Shown piece after piece: positions 1-10,981 of a stretch of 64,000 nucleotides of DNA. The notes below the pieces were generated by a model that was not told the DNA's origin, made no database searches, and saw only the letters and a list, made by a program, of their open reading frames with translations. The position numbers and the translations under genes are program-made. This stretch comes from Scenedesmus sp. PABB004 (Eukaryota), in NCBI GenBank assembly GCA_014905635.1, contig JABVCE010000004.1:1488001-1552000 (forward strand). The letters are read 5' to 3'. Position 1 is the stretch's first letter. The number at the start of each line of letters is the position of its first letter.

Positions 1-927
1 CGGGGCGCGCGCAGCCGCTGGCGTGGGCCGCAGCCGCCGCGGGCCGTGCCCGCCGCAGCCGGCTGCCGCCGCCGGGTCCGGTCCGCGCCGGCGCCGCTGC
101 GTTCGCGCCGCGCCTGCTCCTTGAGCTCCTGCTTGAGCGCGCGCTTGTCGCGGTTGAGCTCCGCCTCGCGCCGGCTGAACTCGTCCTGCTGCAGCTTCAG
201 CGACAGCCCCCCGTCCGCCTTGAGCGTGGTGATGTTGTTCTGCTGCTCGTACAGCAGGTGCTTCACCTTCTGCTGGTAGATCTGCGGCGCACGCGGCAGC
301 GCGGCGCCGCGGTCGGCCGCGCAGCGAGCGGCCAGCCGCGCCAGGGCAGCTGGGCGCCGCCGCCACCCGCGGCACGGGCGCCCGCCGGTCGCGTGCGCTC
401 TGCCGCCCCGACCGCCGCTGCACCTTGAGCTCGCGCTGGTGCATGTCCTCGCTCTCCTCCATCTGGCGGTCCTGGTTGCGCATCTCGGCCTTGCGGTCCT
501 CCAGGTCCTTCTTGGTGATCTCCCAGAACGCGTTGATCTTGTCCTGCGGGCCGCATGGTTCGCGCGCGTGAGCGCGCCGCGCCGCGCCGCGCGCGCGCCG
601 CCTGCGTGCGTGCGCGTGCCGCCAGTCGCGCCGCGCCGCGCGCGGAGCTGGCGGCCCACCCGCTCGAGCTGCATGTAGTTGCGGTACTCCTCCTCCTTGG
701 TGTTCTCTCGCTCGAGCGTCTGGATCTTCTGGTGCAGCTCCTCGATGCTCGCCGCCTCGACGTCGGCTGGCGCCGGCGCTGCATCCTTCTTCTTCTCCTT
801 GGCGTCCTGCGGCGGGGTCACAGGGCGCGGGGTCACAGGGCGCCTGAGGCCACACACGGCCCTGCCACGCGCCGCGGTCCCTGCAGCGGCGCACCTTGGG
901 CTTGGCGGCCTTCTTCTTCGGCGCCAT
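1..927 (-). CDS. DRC4: Dynein regulatory complex subunit 4 (GAS8/PF2 family), 5' part; continues beyond window start
   Basis: Exons 927-895, 806-660, 543-424 and 281-114 join to [18 protein letters not shown]...[34 protein letters not shown]...[22 protein letters not shown]..., matching the GAS8 N-terminal signature ([20 protein letters not shown]). Confidence 0.92.
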   Translation of the reverse strand, partial: MAPKKKAAKPKVRRCRDRGAWQGRVWPQAPCDPAPCDPAAGRQGEEEGCSAGASRRRGGEHRGAAPEDPDARAREHQGGGVPQLHAARAGGPPAPRAARRDWRHAHARRRRARGAARRAHAREPCGPQDKINAFWEITKKDLEDRKAEMRNQDRQMEESEDMHQRELKVQRRSGRQSARDRRAPVPRVAAAPSCPGAAGRSLRGRPRRRAAACAADLPAEGEAPAVRAAEQHHHAQGGRGAVAEAAAGRVQPARGGAQPRQARAQAGAQGAGAARTQRRRRGPDPAAAAGCGGHGPRRLRPTPAAARAP

Positions 928-1512
928 TGCCGCTGCTGCTGGCGCGCGCGCCGCCGCGGCCGCGCCTGCGGCACCGGGCGCTGCTGGCCGGCCCGGCCGA
1001 GCCTGCCGCAAGCGCCGAGCTGCGAGCGAGCGCCCTGGGACGCGGGAGCGTGGAGCGGCGAAGACAAGGCGCGCTGCTGCTTGACCGAGCTCGCCCGCGG
1101 CGAGGGACCCACGAGCGTGGCTGGGCTTACGTCGAGAGGTGTCTCGCGTGCTCTTGGCTGACGAAAACAGCAGGAGCAGCTGCGCGGGGGCGTGACGACG
1201 CACGCTGGGCAGCTGAGCGGCCGGCGGCTGAGCGGCTCGCTCGGCGGCGCCCGCCGCGGAGAGATCAGGTTGCACACTCGCTCTCAGCCTGCTGCGCGTC
1301 TGCACGCGCCGCCCCCGCCCCCCGCCGGCCTCCCACGCGGCACGCTGCCTACGCCGACCACCGCGCGCGCGCGCCGCCGCCGCCGCCGCGCCGCGCGGCC
1401 CCCCGCGCGCCCCGGCGCCGGCGGGCAGCGCCGCGCGCCGTCAACGCACGATACAGAGGGTGCTGGCCCTGCAGCAGGCCCCTGGGCGTCCTAGAAGGCC
1501 CCCGGGGGCCTC

Positions 1513-3567
1513 CTAGTAGACCTCCACATGCCAAAGACCCTTGTGCTTCAAGCCCTCCACAAACTCCTCGAAGTTGAGGCCCTTTGCCTCAGCAACGCCC
1601 TTGAGCATGTCCAGGATGCCGGGCATCATGCCCTTGAGGCCGCAGAAGTACATGTGCGCGCCGTTGTCGAGCAGGTCAAACACCTCGTCGGCGTACTCCT
1701 CGACCTGCGCGGCGCGCGACAGGCACGCGGCGGCGAGAGAGACGCGGCGGCGAGAGAGACGCGGCGGGCGGCGGGCGGCGCGCGGGCTGGGCGGGCGCGT
1801 GCGCTGGGGCGCGCGGGCGCGGGCGGGCGGCGCGCGCCGCCGCCGCCGCGCCGGGGCGGCCCGCGCGCGGTGCGGCGCCGCGCCCCGCGCCGCGCGCGCG
1901 CCTTGTCCTGGATGTACATCTTGCCGCCGCGCTTGTTCTTGGGCCCCTCGCGGCTGAGCGCGTAGTCGAGGCGGAAGTTCTCGGGGAAGGTCGCGGTGAT
2001 CTGGGCCATCTCGTCGTCGTAGAGCTTCGCGTCGCTGTTGGCCACGCCCATGAAGATCCACAGCAGGCCCGTGAACTTCCAGCCGGGCACGTTCTCGAAG
2101 AAGCAGCGGCGCCAGAACGAGCGGAACGGCGCGATGCCCGTGCCGGTCGCGACGCAGATGAGCACGCTGTTGGGGTCCTCCGGCAGCAGCAGCACCTTGC
2201 CGGTCGGGCCTGGCGCGCGCCGCGGCGCGGCGCGGCGCGGGGCGGCGTCAGCGTCGGCGCCGCGCCGCGCTGCGCCGCCGCGCCGCGCCGCGGCGGCTCA
2301 CCGGTCATCATGATCTCGGTGCCGGGCGTGGCGTCGCAGAGGAAGTTGGAGCAGATGCCCTTCTTGGCGGGGTCATCCTTGCCCATCTCGGGGTCCCAGT
2401 ACGTCGCGCGGCGCACGCAGAGCGTGGTGGTGTTGCCGTCGAACGAGTCGCCGTAGCGGCTGGACGCGATCGAGTACAGGCGCACGCCGTGCGGCACCTC
2501 CTTGCCCTTGCTGTTCACCTTGGTGCCCTGCGAGGCGGACGCGCGCGCGCGCGGGCGCGGTCGCAGGCGGGCGGGCGGGCGGGCGGGCGCGTGAGCGGCG
2601 CGGCGCGCAGGTCGCCGGCCGGCGCCGGCCCCCGGCGGCGCTGCCGCCGCTCGCTGGCGCCGCTCGACGCCACTGCTGCGCGCTGCTGCTGCCACCGCCG
2701 CCGCCGCCGCCCGCGGCGCCGCCCCCAGCCGCTGCGCTGCCGCTGCGCTGCCGCGGCGCTGCCGCGGCGCTGCCGCGGCGCCCGGCACGCTGCCGTGCGC
2801 CAGGGCTCGCGTCTGCCCCCCCGGCGCGCTGCCGCTCCGGCTCGCCGCCGGGGCGCTCCATGCTGCTGCGCCCGCGCCCGCCCGCCGTCGCCCGCCAGCC
2901 GTCGCCCGCCGCCGCGCGGCGCGCGCACGCGCAGCAGCAGCGGCAGCGCGCGCGCTGCCGCCGGCCGCCGGCGCCCGTCCGGCTCGCCGCGGCGCCCGCC
3001 CGCCCCCGACCGGCCTCCCGGTCCGCCTCTGCCCGCCCCGCGACCGGCGCGCGGGCGCTCACGGGCGGGATGACGCCGTAGGACTGGCCCTCCCAGAAGG
3101 GAATCTTGCCCTCGGTCTCGATGACGATGTTGCACGTCTCGCCCGTCGCGTTGGGGCCGACGATGCGCTCCACGCTCTTCACCTTGGCCTTGAAGGGCGC
3201 CTTGTTGCTGTACGTGTTCAGCGGCATGGGGCCCTCCTCCAGCTTGAGCGGGACGTCCGCGCGGCTGATCTTGGTGGCCGTCGCGGTGGCGCGCACCACC
3301 ACCGCCGCGCGGGCGGGGCGGGCGCCGGCCTGCGGGCGCGCGCGGGCGGCGCGGCGTGAGCGGGGCCCGCGCCAGCGCCCTCCCGCTAGGGGCTGCTGCT
3401 GCCGCGCGCCCCCATTGCAGCCCCCGCGCACCACGCGCGTGGCCACGTTGGCACGAGCCATCTGCGGCGCGGGCGGGCGGGCTCAGGGGCGCCAATGCGC
3501 GCGCGGGCGCCGCGGCGCGGCGGGCGGGGATCATCAGCCCGCCCCTGCGCCGCACCTGGGCGGCCAT
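1513..3567 (-). CDS. FNR: Ferredoxin-NADP+ reductase, plastid (6 exons)
   Basis: Transit peptide, then [18 protein letters not shown]...[13 protein letters not shown] (FAD binding), [31 protein letters not shown] and C-terminal WHVEVY-TAG. Confidence 0.97.
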
Positions 3568-3883
3568 GCTGGGCGACGGACGGCGCGTCCTGGCGAGGCG
3601 GCGGGCGTGCGGGAAGGTGACGGCGCTCGGGGCCGCGCGCGACGCCAGGCGCGCGCCCGGGGCAGCTCTGGGGGCGGGCGGGGCTTGCCTTCGAAAACCG
3701 CGCAGCAGCGCCCTTCAGGGCGGCGCGCGGCGCATCGCCGGCCGCGCGGCGGCGCGGCGGCAGCTCCGCGCGCGGCGGCGGCGGGCGGGGGCGGGCCGCG
3801 CGCGCCGGACGTTTACGCGCTGCGGCCCCACGCCGGCGGCGACGACGCGCCCACGCCGCGCGGCCCAGGCCCCCTCACGCCGG

Positions 3884-5330
3884 CTACGGCGCGCCGGGCT
3901 CGAGCGCGGGCGCCTCGAGCGCGCGCGGCAGCGGCAGCGCGCGCGCCGGCGGCAGCGCGCCGACCTCGTCGTACTTGCCGTTGTCCCGCGGCGGCCACGC
4001 GCGCACCGGCCGCGGCAGCACGTAGCCCGCGCGCGCAAAGTTCTCGGGCTGCACGCGCGCGGGCGCGGGCGGCGCGGGGTCGGCGGGCGCGCGGGGCGGC
4101 GGCGTGCTCGCGCTCGCGCGGCACTGCCAGGGCCGCACCTTGAGCAGCGCGCGCAGGCCGAGGCGTGTGTAGTACACGCGGGTCACGCTGCCGCCCGCCG
4201 CCTCGACGAGCTGCTGCGCGGCGGGGCTGACCGAGCTGACCTGCAGGTGCAGCGGCACGTCGACGCGCTCCGTGCCCTGCGGCGCGGCGCGGCGGTCAGG
4301 CGTGGCGCCGCAGGCGCAGCCGCAGGCGCGGCCGCTGGCGCAGGTACGCCAGCGGCGGCGGCGGGCGCGGGTGCGGCGGGCGCGGGCGCGGCGGGTGCGG
4401 CGCGCGCACGTGCGCGACGAGCTCGACGCCCCAGCGGATGGTCTTTGCGACGCAGCCCGAGTCGCGGAGGTCCTTCATGGTGATCACCTCGCCCGGCTCC
4501 AGCAGCCCCCGCCGCACCCACAAGAGCACCTTGCTCAGCCCGACCTGCCGGAACAGCACCGGCGAGCTGCGCCGCGCGGGCGCCGCGCGGGCGGCGTCGC
4601 GTGGGAGGCGAGCGGGCGGCCGCGGCGCGCGCGCGGCCGCGGCCGCGGCGGTGCGGCCCGCAGGCGCACGCGCGCGCGCGCGCACCTGGGCGTGACCCAG
4701 ACCTTGGGGAACTTCTTCATTTGCTTGGTGCCGCCGTCAAACAGGATGTGCGGCTTGCCGCCTGCGCGGCGGCCGGCGCGCGGCGCGGTCGGCCGGGCGG
4801 CGCCGGGCGGCGGCGCGCGCGCGGCGCGGCGGCGCGGCGCACCCTTGCGCGACTTCTGGCCCTTGACGCCGCGGCCGCAGTACGAGCCGCGGTCGCCGCC
4901 GTTGCCGCGGCCCCAGCGCGTCGCCTGTGGGCGCGCGGCGCGGCGCGGCGCGGCGTCGGCCCCGCGCGGCGGCTCGCCGGCGGGGCGCGCCGCCGCAGGG
5001 GCGCGCGCCACCACAGTCCCGCACCGACTTGCGCGACCCCGGCGCGGGGCTGAGGCGGTCCAGCTGCACGCAGTGCTGCGGCGCGGCCGCGCCCGCGGCC
5101 GCCCAGCCGCACGCGCTGCTGTGCAGCGCCGCCGCCTGCGCCGGCAGCCGCCACGCCAGCTGTGGCAGCGCCGCGACCGCCTGCTGCGTCGGCCAGGGCG
5201 CTGCGGCGCCGCGGCGCGCCGCGGCGGGCAGCAGCGCGCCGCCGCCGGCAGCGGCGCCGCCGGCGCCAGCGGCAGCGCACGCGCCGCGCGTGGCTGCGGC
5301 GCCCAGCGCCGCGAGCGCTGAGCGCAGCAT
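3884..5330 (-). CDS. MRPL15: Mitochondrial ribosomal protein uL15m (6 exons)
   Basis: Presequence MLRSALAALG..., then LDRLSPAPGSRKS/ATRWGRGNGGDRGSYCGRGVKGQKSR, FDGG, VEAAGGSVTRVYYTRLGLRALLK/PENF. Confidence 0.9.
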
Positions 5331-5824
5331 TGGCTCGCGCCGGACCCGTCCGCGCTCCGGCGGGCTGGTGGCGGGCGCAGATGCGCGCGGTGCCGCAGCA
5401 GCAGGGCGAGTGCGGGTGCAGTGCTCGGCGCGGCGCGGCGTCGGGAGGCGGCTGGCGGCACAGCGGGGCGCCGTGCGGCGCAGATCGGTCCCCGCCGGCC
5501 TTGCGGTTTGCGGTCTCGCCGAGCCCCGCCGCTCTCGCTCCTGCTGCCGCTCGCGACCGCCCGGCGCGGCCCACCGACACTCCACGCTCCGCTCCACGTC
5601 GCCGCGCAGCCTCGGCGCCAGCCAGCACGCCCCCAGGCGCAGCGGGCAGCGGGCTCTCGGTCGGGCGCTCCCCGCGTCGCGCCCAGGCGCCGGCCGCTCG
5701 CCCCAGCCCGCGCAGCTCGGTTGGCGCCACCTGATCAGGCCGCTGCGGGCGTGGCGCAGCATGGCGCGGCGCGGCTGAGGGGCCCCGGGCAGCAGCAGCA
5801 ACACATGGGGCCCCGGCCCGCAGC

Positions 5825-8050
5825 ATGAGCGTGTCCATCCACTCCGCGCGCCTGCCCACCGGTGACACGCCCGTGTGCAATGTGACACTCGAGCCCTACG
5901 TGCTGGTGAAGCGGGGGGACACGACCGTGAACGCAGATGAGATTCCGGAGGAGGGCTCCCCCGAGCCCGGCCTGCAGCTGCGCTCCCGCTGGTACCGGAG
6001 CTCCATCCCACGCGGCGGCGCGGTGTGCAGCGTGCACCCCGACAAGGAGGCCAGCGTGCAGTGCACCGTGTGCCTGCGCAGCAAGGTCGCCGTGCACCTG
6101 ACGTACCACTGCACCGCCGAGTGCTTCCGCAGCAGCTGGCAGCAGCACCGGGAGTACCACCATGCCGCGCACGCCAACGGTGAGGCCCACGCCGCCGCAG
6201 CCGCAGCGCGGAGGGGGCGCACGCGTGCGGGCGCGCCGCCCGAGCGCGGGCCCGCCGCGCGCCGCCGCCCGAGCGCGCCGCGCCGTGCCGCGCCGCGCCG
6301 CGCCGCGCCGCCGCCCCCGCAGGCCAGGAGAACGGGCTCGACACGCCGGGCAAGGTCGTCAGCAGCACCATGAGCGCGGGCGGCGAGACCTGGGTCGAGG
6401 TGCGCGCGCCGCGCCGCGCCGCCTGCCGGCAGCAGACGCGGCAGCGGGCCGGCCGCGCAGTCCGCGCCCGCCGCGCCGCCGCGCCGCTCACGCGCCGCCG
6501 CCGCCGCCGCCGCCGCCGCAGGTGTCGCGGTCGCGCAAGTACACGCCCGCGCAGGACGACGTCGGCTTTGTGCTCAAGTATGAGTGCAGCGTGTTTGACC
6601 CGCACCACCACTACATCGACCTGGGGCGCCCCATGTTCGCCTTCACCAGCCGCGTGCGCCCCGCGCCAAACCTGCCCGTGCGCAACCTCGCGCCGCTGCC
6701 GCTGCCGCACGGCGTGCACCGCGGCGGCCCGGGCAGCCGCTTCACCGTGCTCAGCTACAACATGCTCGCCGACCTCTACGCCAAGGTGCGGCGCGGCGGC
6801 GGGCGGCCCGGCGGCGGCTGCGGCATCCGGCCCAATGGCGGCGGCGGCGGCGGCAGAGCTGCGGCAGCGCGGGCACCGGCGGCGGCGGGCGGGCGGGCGG
6901 GGCGCGGGGCGGGGGCGGCGCCGCGCCCTGCCGCTCGGGGCCCTGCCGCTCGGGGCCCTGCGCCTGAGCCCGCCGGCCGCCGCCTGGCGCGCGCCGCCCG
7001 GCGCAGAGCGACGTGTACAACCACTGCCCCGCGTGGACGATGGCGTGGCACTACCGCAAGCGCAACCTGCTCAAGGAGCTGCTCACGCACCGCCCTGACA
7101 TCATGTGCCTGCAGGAGGTGCAGAGCGACCACTTCAGCGAGTACCTGCACCCCGAGCTCGTCAAGGCGGGCTACATGGGCATATACAAGAAGAAGACGAC
7201 CGAGATCTTCACCGGCAGCGCGTACACCATCGACGGCTGCGCGACCTTCTTCAGGCGCGCCGGCGCAGCGCGCCGCCGCAGCGCGCCGCGCCGCGCCGCC
7301 GCGCCGCCGCGCCGGTGCCGGCCGCCGCCGCGCCCGCACCCGCCGCCGACGCGCGCGCGGCCGCCGCGCGCCGCGCCGCGCCGCAGGAGCGACCGCTTCC
7401 ACCTGGTGAAGAAGTACGAGGTCGAGTTCAACAAGGCCGCCATCAGCCTGGCCGACCAGATGACCAACCCGCACCAGAAGAAGGCGACCATGAACCGCCT
7501 GCTCAAGGTGCGGCACGCGCCCCGCGCGCGCGGCGGCGCGGCAGGGGCCTGCTGCCTGCTGCAGCGGCGGCGGCCTGGCCTGGCGGCGGCGGCGGCGGCC
7601 TGGCCTGGCCTCGCAGCGGCGGCGGCGCCGCCGCGCCGCTCACGCGCGCGCCCCCGCGCCGGCGCCGCGCAGGACAACGTGGCGCTGATCGCGGTGCTCG
7701 AGATGGCGCCCGACCCGGAGCGGTCGAGCAAGCAGCTCATCTGCGTGGCCAACACGCACATCCACGCCAACCCGGAGCTCAACGACGTCAAGCTCTGGCA
7801 GGTGCACACGCTGCTCAAGGGCCTCGAAAAGATCGCCAACAGCGCCGACATCCCCATGCTCGTCGCGGGCGACTTCAACAGCGTCCCCGGCAGCGCCGCG
7901 CACTCGCTGCTCGTCAAGGGCCGCGTCGAGCCGGCGCAGCTGCTCAAGCAGGGCCCGCGCGGGGTGAGCGCGCGGCGCGGCGCGTCGCAGCGCGGCGTGG
8001 CGCGGCGCGGCCGGCCGCGCGCCGCGCCGGCGGCGCGCTGAGCGCGCCCC

Positions 8051-8087
<37 letters not shown>

Positions 8088-8572
8088 GCGCAGGAGTCGA
8101 GCGTGGACCCGCTGGGCCTGCTGCGCGACACCAAGCTGCAGCACAGCCTGCCGCTCGCGAGCGCGTACGCCGCGCTGCTCGACTTCCCGCCCACCACGGA
8201 GCAGCTCAAGCGCCAGCGCGCGCGCCTCGACCCCACGCACCGCGAGCCGCTGTTCACCAACCTCAACAGGCGCGCGCCGCCGCACGCCGCGCGCGGCCAC
8301 AGCGACCTCCGCCGCCGCCCGCGCGCCGCCGCCGCCCGCGCGCCGCCGCCGCTCACGCGCCGCCGCGTCGTCCGGGGCGCAGGGACTTCAAGGCCACGCT
8401 GGACTACGTCCTCTACACGCGCGACAGCCTCGCGCCCACGGGCCTGCTGGAGCTGCCGGCGGAGGCGGAGGTCGTGGCCAAGCCCGGCGACAGCCTGCCC
8501 AACGCCAACTGGAGCAGCGACCACGTCTGCCTCATGGCCGAGTTCCAGATCCTGGCGCACAAGGCCGCCTGA
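5825..8572 (+). CDS. CCR4: CCR4-type deadenylase (plant-type, N-terminal Cys/His-rich region plus EEP nuclease domain; 8 exons)
   Basis: FTVLSYNMLADLYA, DIMCLQEVQ, IDGCATFF, VANTHIH, VKLWQVHTLLKGLEKIA, AGDFNS, TLDYVLY, WSSDH; N-terminal CSVHP..CTVC..YHCTAECF. Confidence 0.95.
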
Positions 8573-9340
8573 GCACCGCCGGCCCGCGCCGGCTGCGCGC
8601 GCGTGGGCGCCGCGCGGCGCCGCTGCCGCGGCAGCGCTGCGGAGCCCGGCGGCTCGGCGGGCGACCAAGCTGGGGAGGGGGAGGGGGGGGGGAGAGCAGG
8701 CGGTCGGTCGGGAGGCGGAGCGCCCGGGGCGGGGGCGCCCGCGCCGGGGGCGCCGCGGCAGCAGGCTGCCGCGCCCCGGCGGGGCGCCGCCCGCTGGTCT
8801 AGCGTCCCGCGCGGCCGGCGTGCGGGCGACTGGCTGCACCGCCGCAGCCGCGCGCCGCGGCGGCGCCCGGCATCGGCGGTGCCCCAGAGGTGCCGTGCTC
8901 CGCGCCGCGCGTGTGCGCCGCCTGCAGCGCTGCTGCGGCGGCTGCGTGAGGCTGCTGCCGTCAGCGACGGCGGCATGGCCACACGTGCGGCTGGGTCGGC
9001 GGGCGCGGCTGTGCTGTCCGTGAGCGGCGCGCGGCGGCGGGCTCGGACCGCCCGCGCGCGGGCGCCTGCTGCTGCGGGCACGGCGGGCTGCGGCGCGTGC
9101 GCACGCCTCCGCCCCACACATTTTGCCCTCTGCGCCCAGTGAGCTCGCTGGGCGCCTCGCGCCACACCCTGATGCTCGTGCTCGCCGCCGCCCGCCCGCG
9201 CGGCCCGCCGCGCCTGCGGTGCGCTGCCGGCGGCCGCCGCCGGCGCGTGAGAGCGGCGCGCTGCCGTGTGCCTGCCTGTCGCGTGCAGCTGCAGGCGGGG
9301 CCGCCCCCTGCCGCGGCCACTCAGCAGCGTGGCGCGGCGC

Positions 9341-9345
9341 TGTAA
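9341..9345 (+). promoter_or_regulatory. Putative green-algal polyadenylation signal TGTAA (CCR4 3' UTR)
   Basis: TGTAA about 770 nt downstream of the CCR4 stop, in sequence that is otherwise very A/T-poor. Confidence 0.5.
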
Positions 9346-9658
9346 CTGATTCCTTGGCCTCGCGATGCGGTTGCAGCAGCAGCTCAGCTCCGAGCCAGAG
9401 ACCCGCCCGACTCTCTCTCTCGCTCCCCCTCCCACTCTCGGCCGCGCGCCCCCCGACTCAGCCGGGATCGCGCCGCGAGCCAGCCAGGCTGCGGGCCTGC
9501 CGGGCTCGGCAGAAAAGAATGAACTAAACACTCAGGCCCAGGGCGCGCCCGCCCGGTCCGCGGGCGGGCGGCCCGCCCTGCCCTGCCCCGTGCCGCGCGC
9601 GCTGCCCTCGGCCGCCGCCACGCCCCCGCGCCGCCGGCCGCCGCCGCGCCGCGCGGGC

Positions 9659-10687
9659 TCACGCCGCCTTTTTCGCGGCCGCGTGGCGGTGCGCGCCCGA
9701 CTTGGCGAGCGAGCTGGTGATGAGCCCGGTGAAGACGAGGCCGACCGCCGCCCACTGCGCGGGGAGGAGGGGGTTGCCGTTGAGCAGCACGCTGCCGAGG
9801 ATGTTGAAGAACTTGCGCGTCGTGCACACGAGCGTGTTGACGAGCGCGCCGAAGCGCTTGATCGTCAGGAATATGAACAGCTGCCCGACCGCGCCGCAGA
9901 GGCAGAAGAGCGCGACGTCGCCGCGCGCGGCGGGGTGCGCCGCGACAAACGCCGCGAGCGACGCGCCGACGCCCGACGCGGACAGGTAGGCGCCGTAAAA
10001 GGCGGCGCACCAGAAGTTCATCCAGGCCATCATGTGGATGGGGTCGTTGGCCGGGTGGCGGCGGTTGATCTCGTCCTGAAACGCGTTTGTGTAGCCGTCG
10101 AGGAGCAGGTTGACGAAGCAGAGCAGGTACCCGAGCGGCGCGTTGGGCGCGGCGAGCCGCGCCGTGACCTTGGACGACGACTTGCGCGCAAAGAGGGAGA
10201 CGCCGAGGCCGATGCAGGTCATGCACACGTACTCGAGCGCGGAGTAGCGCTTGCCGTGCAGCAGGCTGCCGACGAGCATGACGGGGACCATCTTGCACGA
10301 CTTGGCGAGCACCTGCGCGGGGTAGCTGATGCTCCGCAGCGCGATGAGCCCGCACGCGGGGCCGATCGAGTTGGTCAGCGCGGGCCGCCAGTACGCCGTC
10401 CACGGCGGCAGCCCCGCGTCGCCGCCCGCCGCCGCCGCGTCGCCGCGCCAGCGCCGCCGCGCCCGGCCCGCCGCCAGGATTGCGTAGGCCCACAGGAAGC
10501 ACACCGCGCTCTGGGCGCCGTTGAGGGCCTCCAGGTGCTGGAAGCGCGCGCCGTCGGGCGCGTACGCCTTCATCTGCAGGTGCTCGGACACCAGGCCCTG
10601 CGTCAGGTAGGCCGCGTAGATGCCCGCCACGCACGCCAGCAGCAGCAGGCCGCGGCCCAGGCCGCCGCCCGGGCCCGCGTCCGTCAT
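9659..10687 (-). CDS. UAA-family UDP-galactose/UDP-glucose transporter (SLC35B1/UTr3-like), intronless
   Basis: GIYAAYLTQG, ISYPAQVLAKSCKMVPVM, LDGYTNAFQD, GQLFIFLTIKRFG, TTRKFFNIL; multiple hydrophobic segments; C-terminal KKAA ER-retrieval motif. Confidence 0.93.
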   Translation of the reverse strand: MTDAGPGGGLGRGLLLLACVAGIYAAYLTQGLVSEHLQMKAYAPDGARFQHLEALNGAQSAVCFLWAYAILAAGRARRRWRGDAAAAGGDAGLPPWTAYWRPALTNSIGPACGLIALRSISYPAQVLAKSCKMVPVMLVGSLLHGKRYSALEYVCMTCIGLGVSLFARKSSSKVTARLAAPNAPLGYLLCFVNLLLDGYTNAFQDEINRRHPANDPIHMMAWMNFWCAAFYGAYLSASGVGASLAAFVAAHPAARGDVALFCLCGAVGQLFIFLTIKRFGALVNTLVCTTRKFFNILGSVLLNGNPLLPAQWAAVGLVFTGLITSSLAKSGAHRHAAAKKAA

Positions 10688-10981
10688 GCGCGCGCTGGGG
10701 CGGCGGCGGCGGGGAGCGGTTGGCGGCGGCGCCGCTGCTGTTGCTGCGCCGGCCGCCGAGCGGGCGCGCGGGCGCGGCGCGGTGCGGAGGGAGGAGCAGG
10801 GATCACCACCAGCGAGCGCGCGGGCGCCTCCGCGGCGCATGGGCCGGCGGCGGGCGCGGCGGTGCAGGCGACGACAGAGACCTCGCGCTTCTGCCGCGGC
10901 GCGGCGCCGCGGCAAAGCCGGCGCCGGCGGCGCCGGCGAGGGACGTCCCCCGCCGGCGGCGGCGCCACACCGCCAGCCGCC

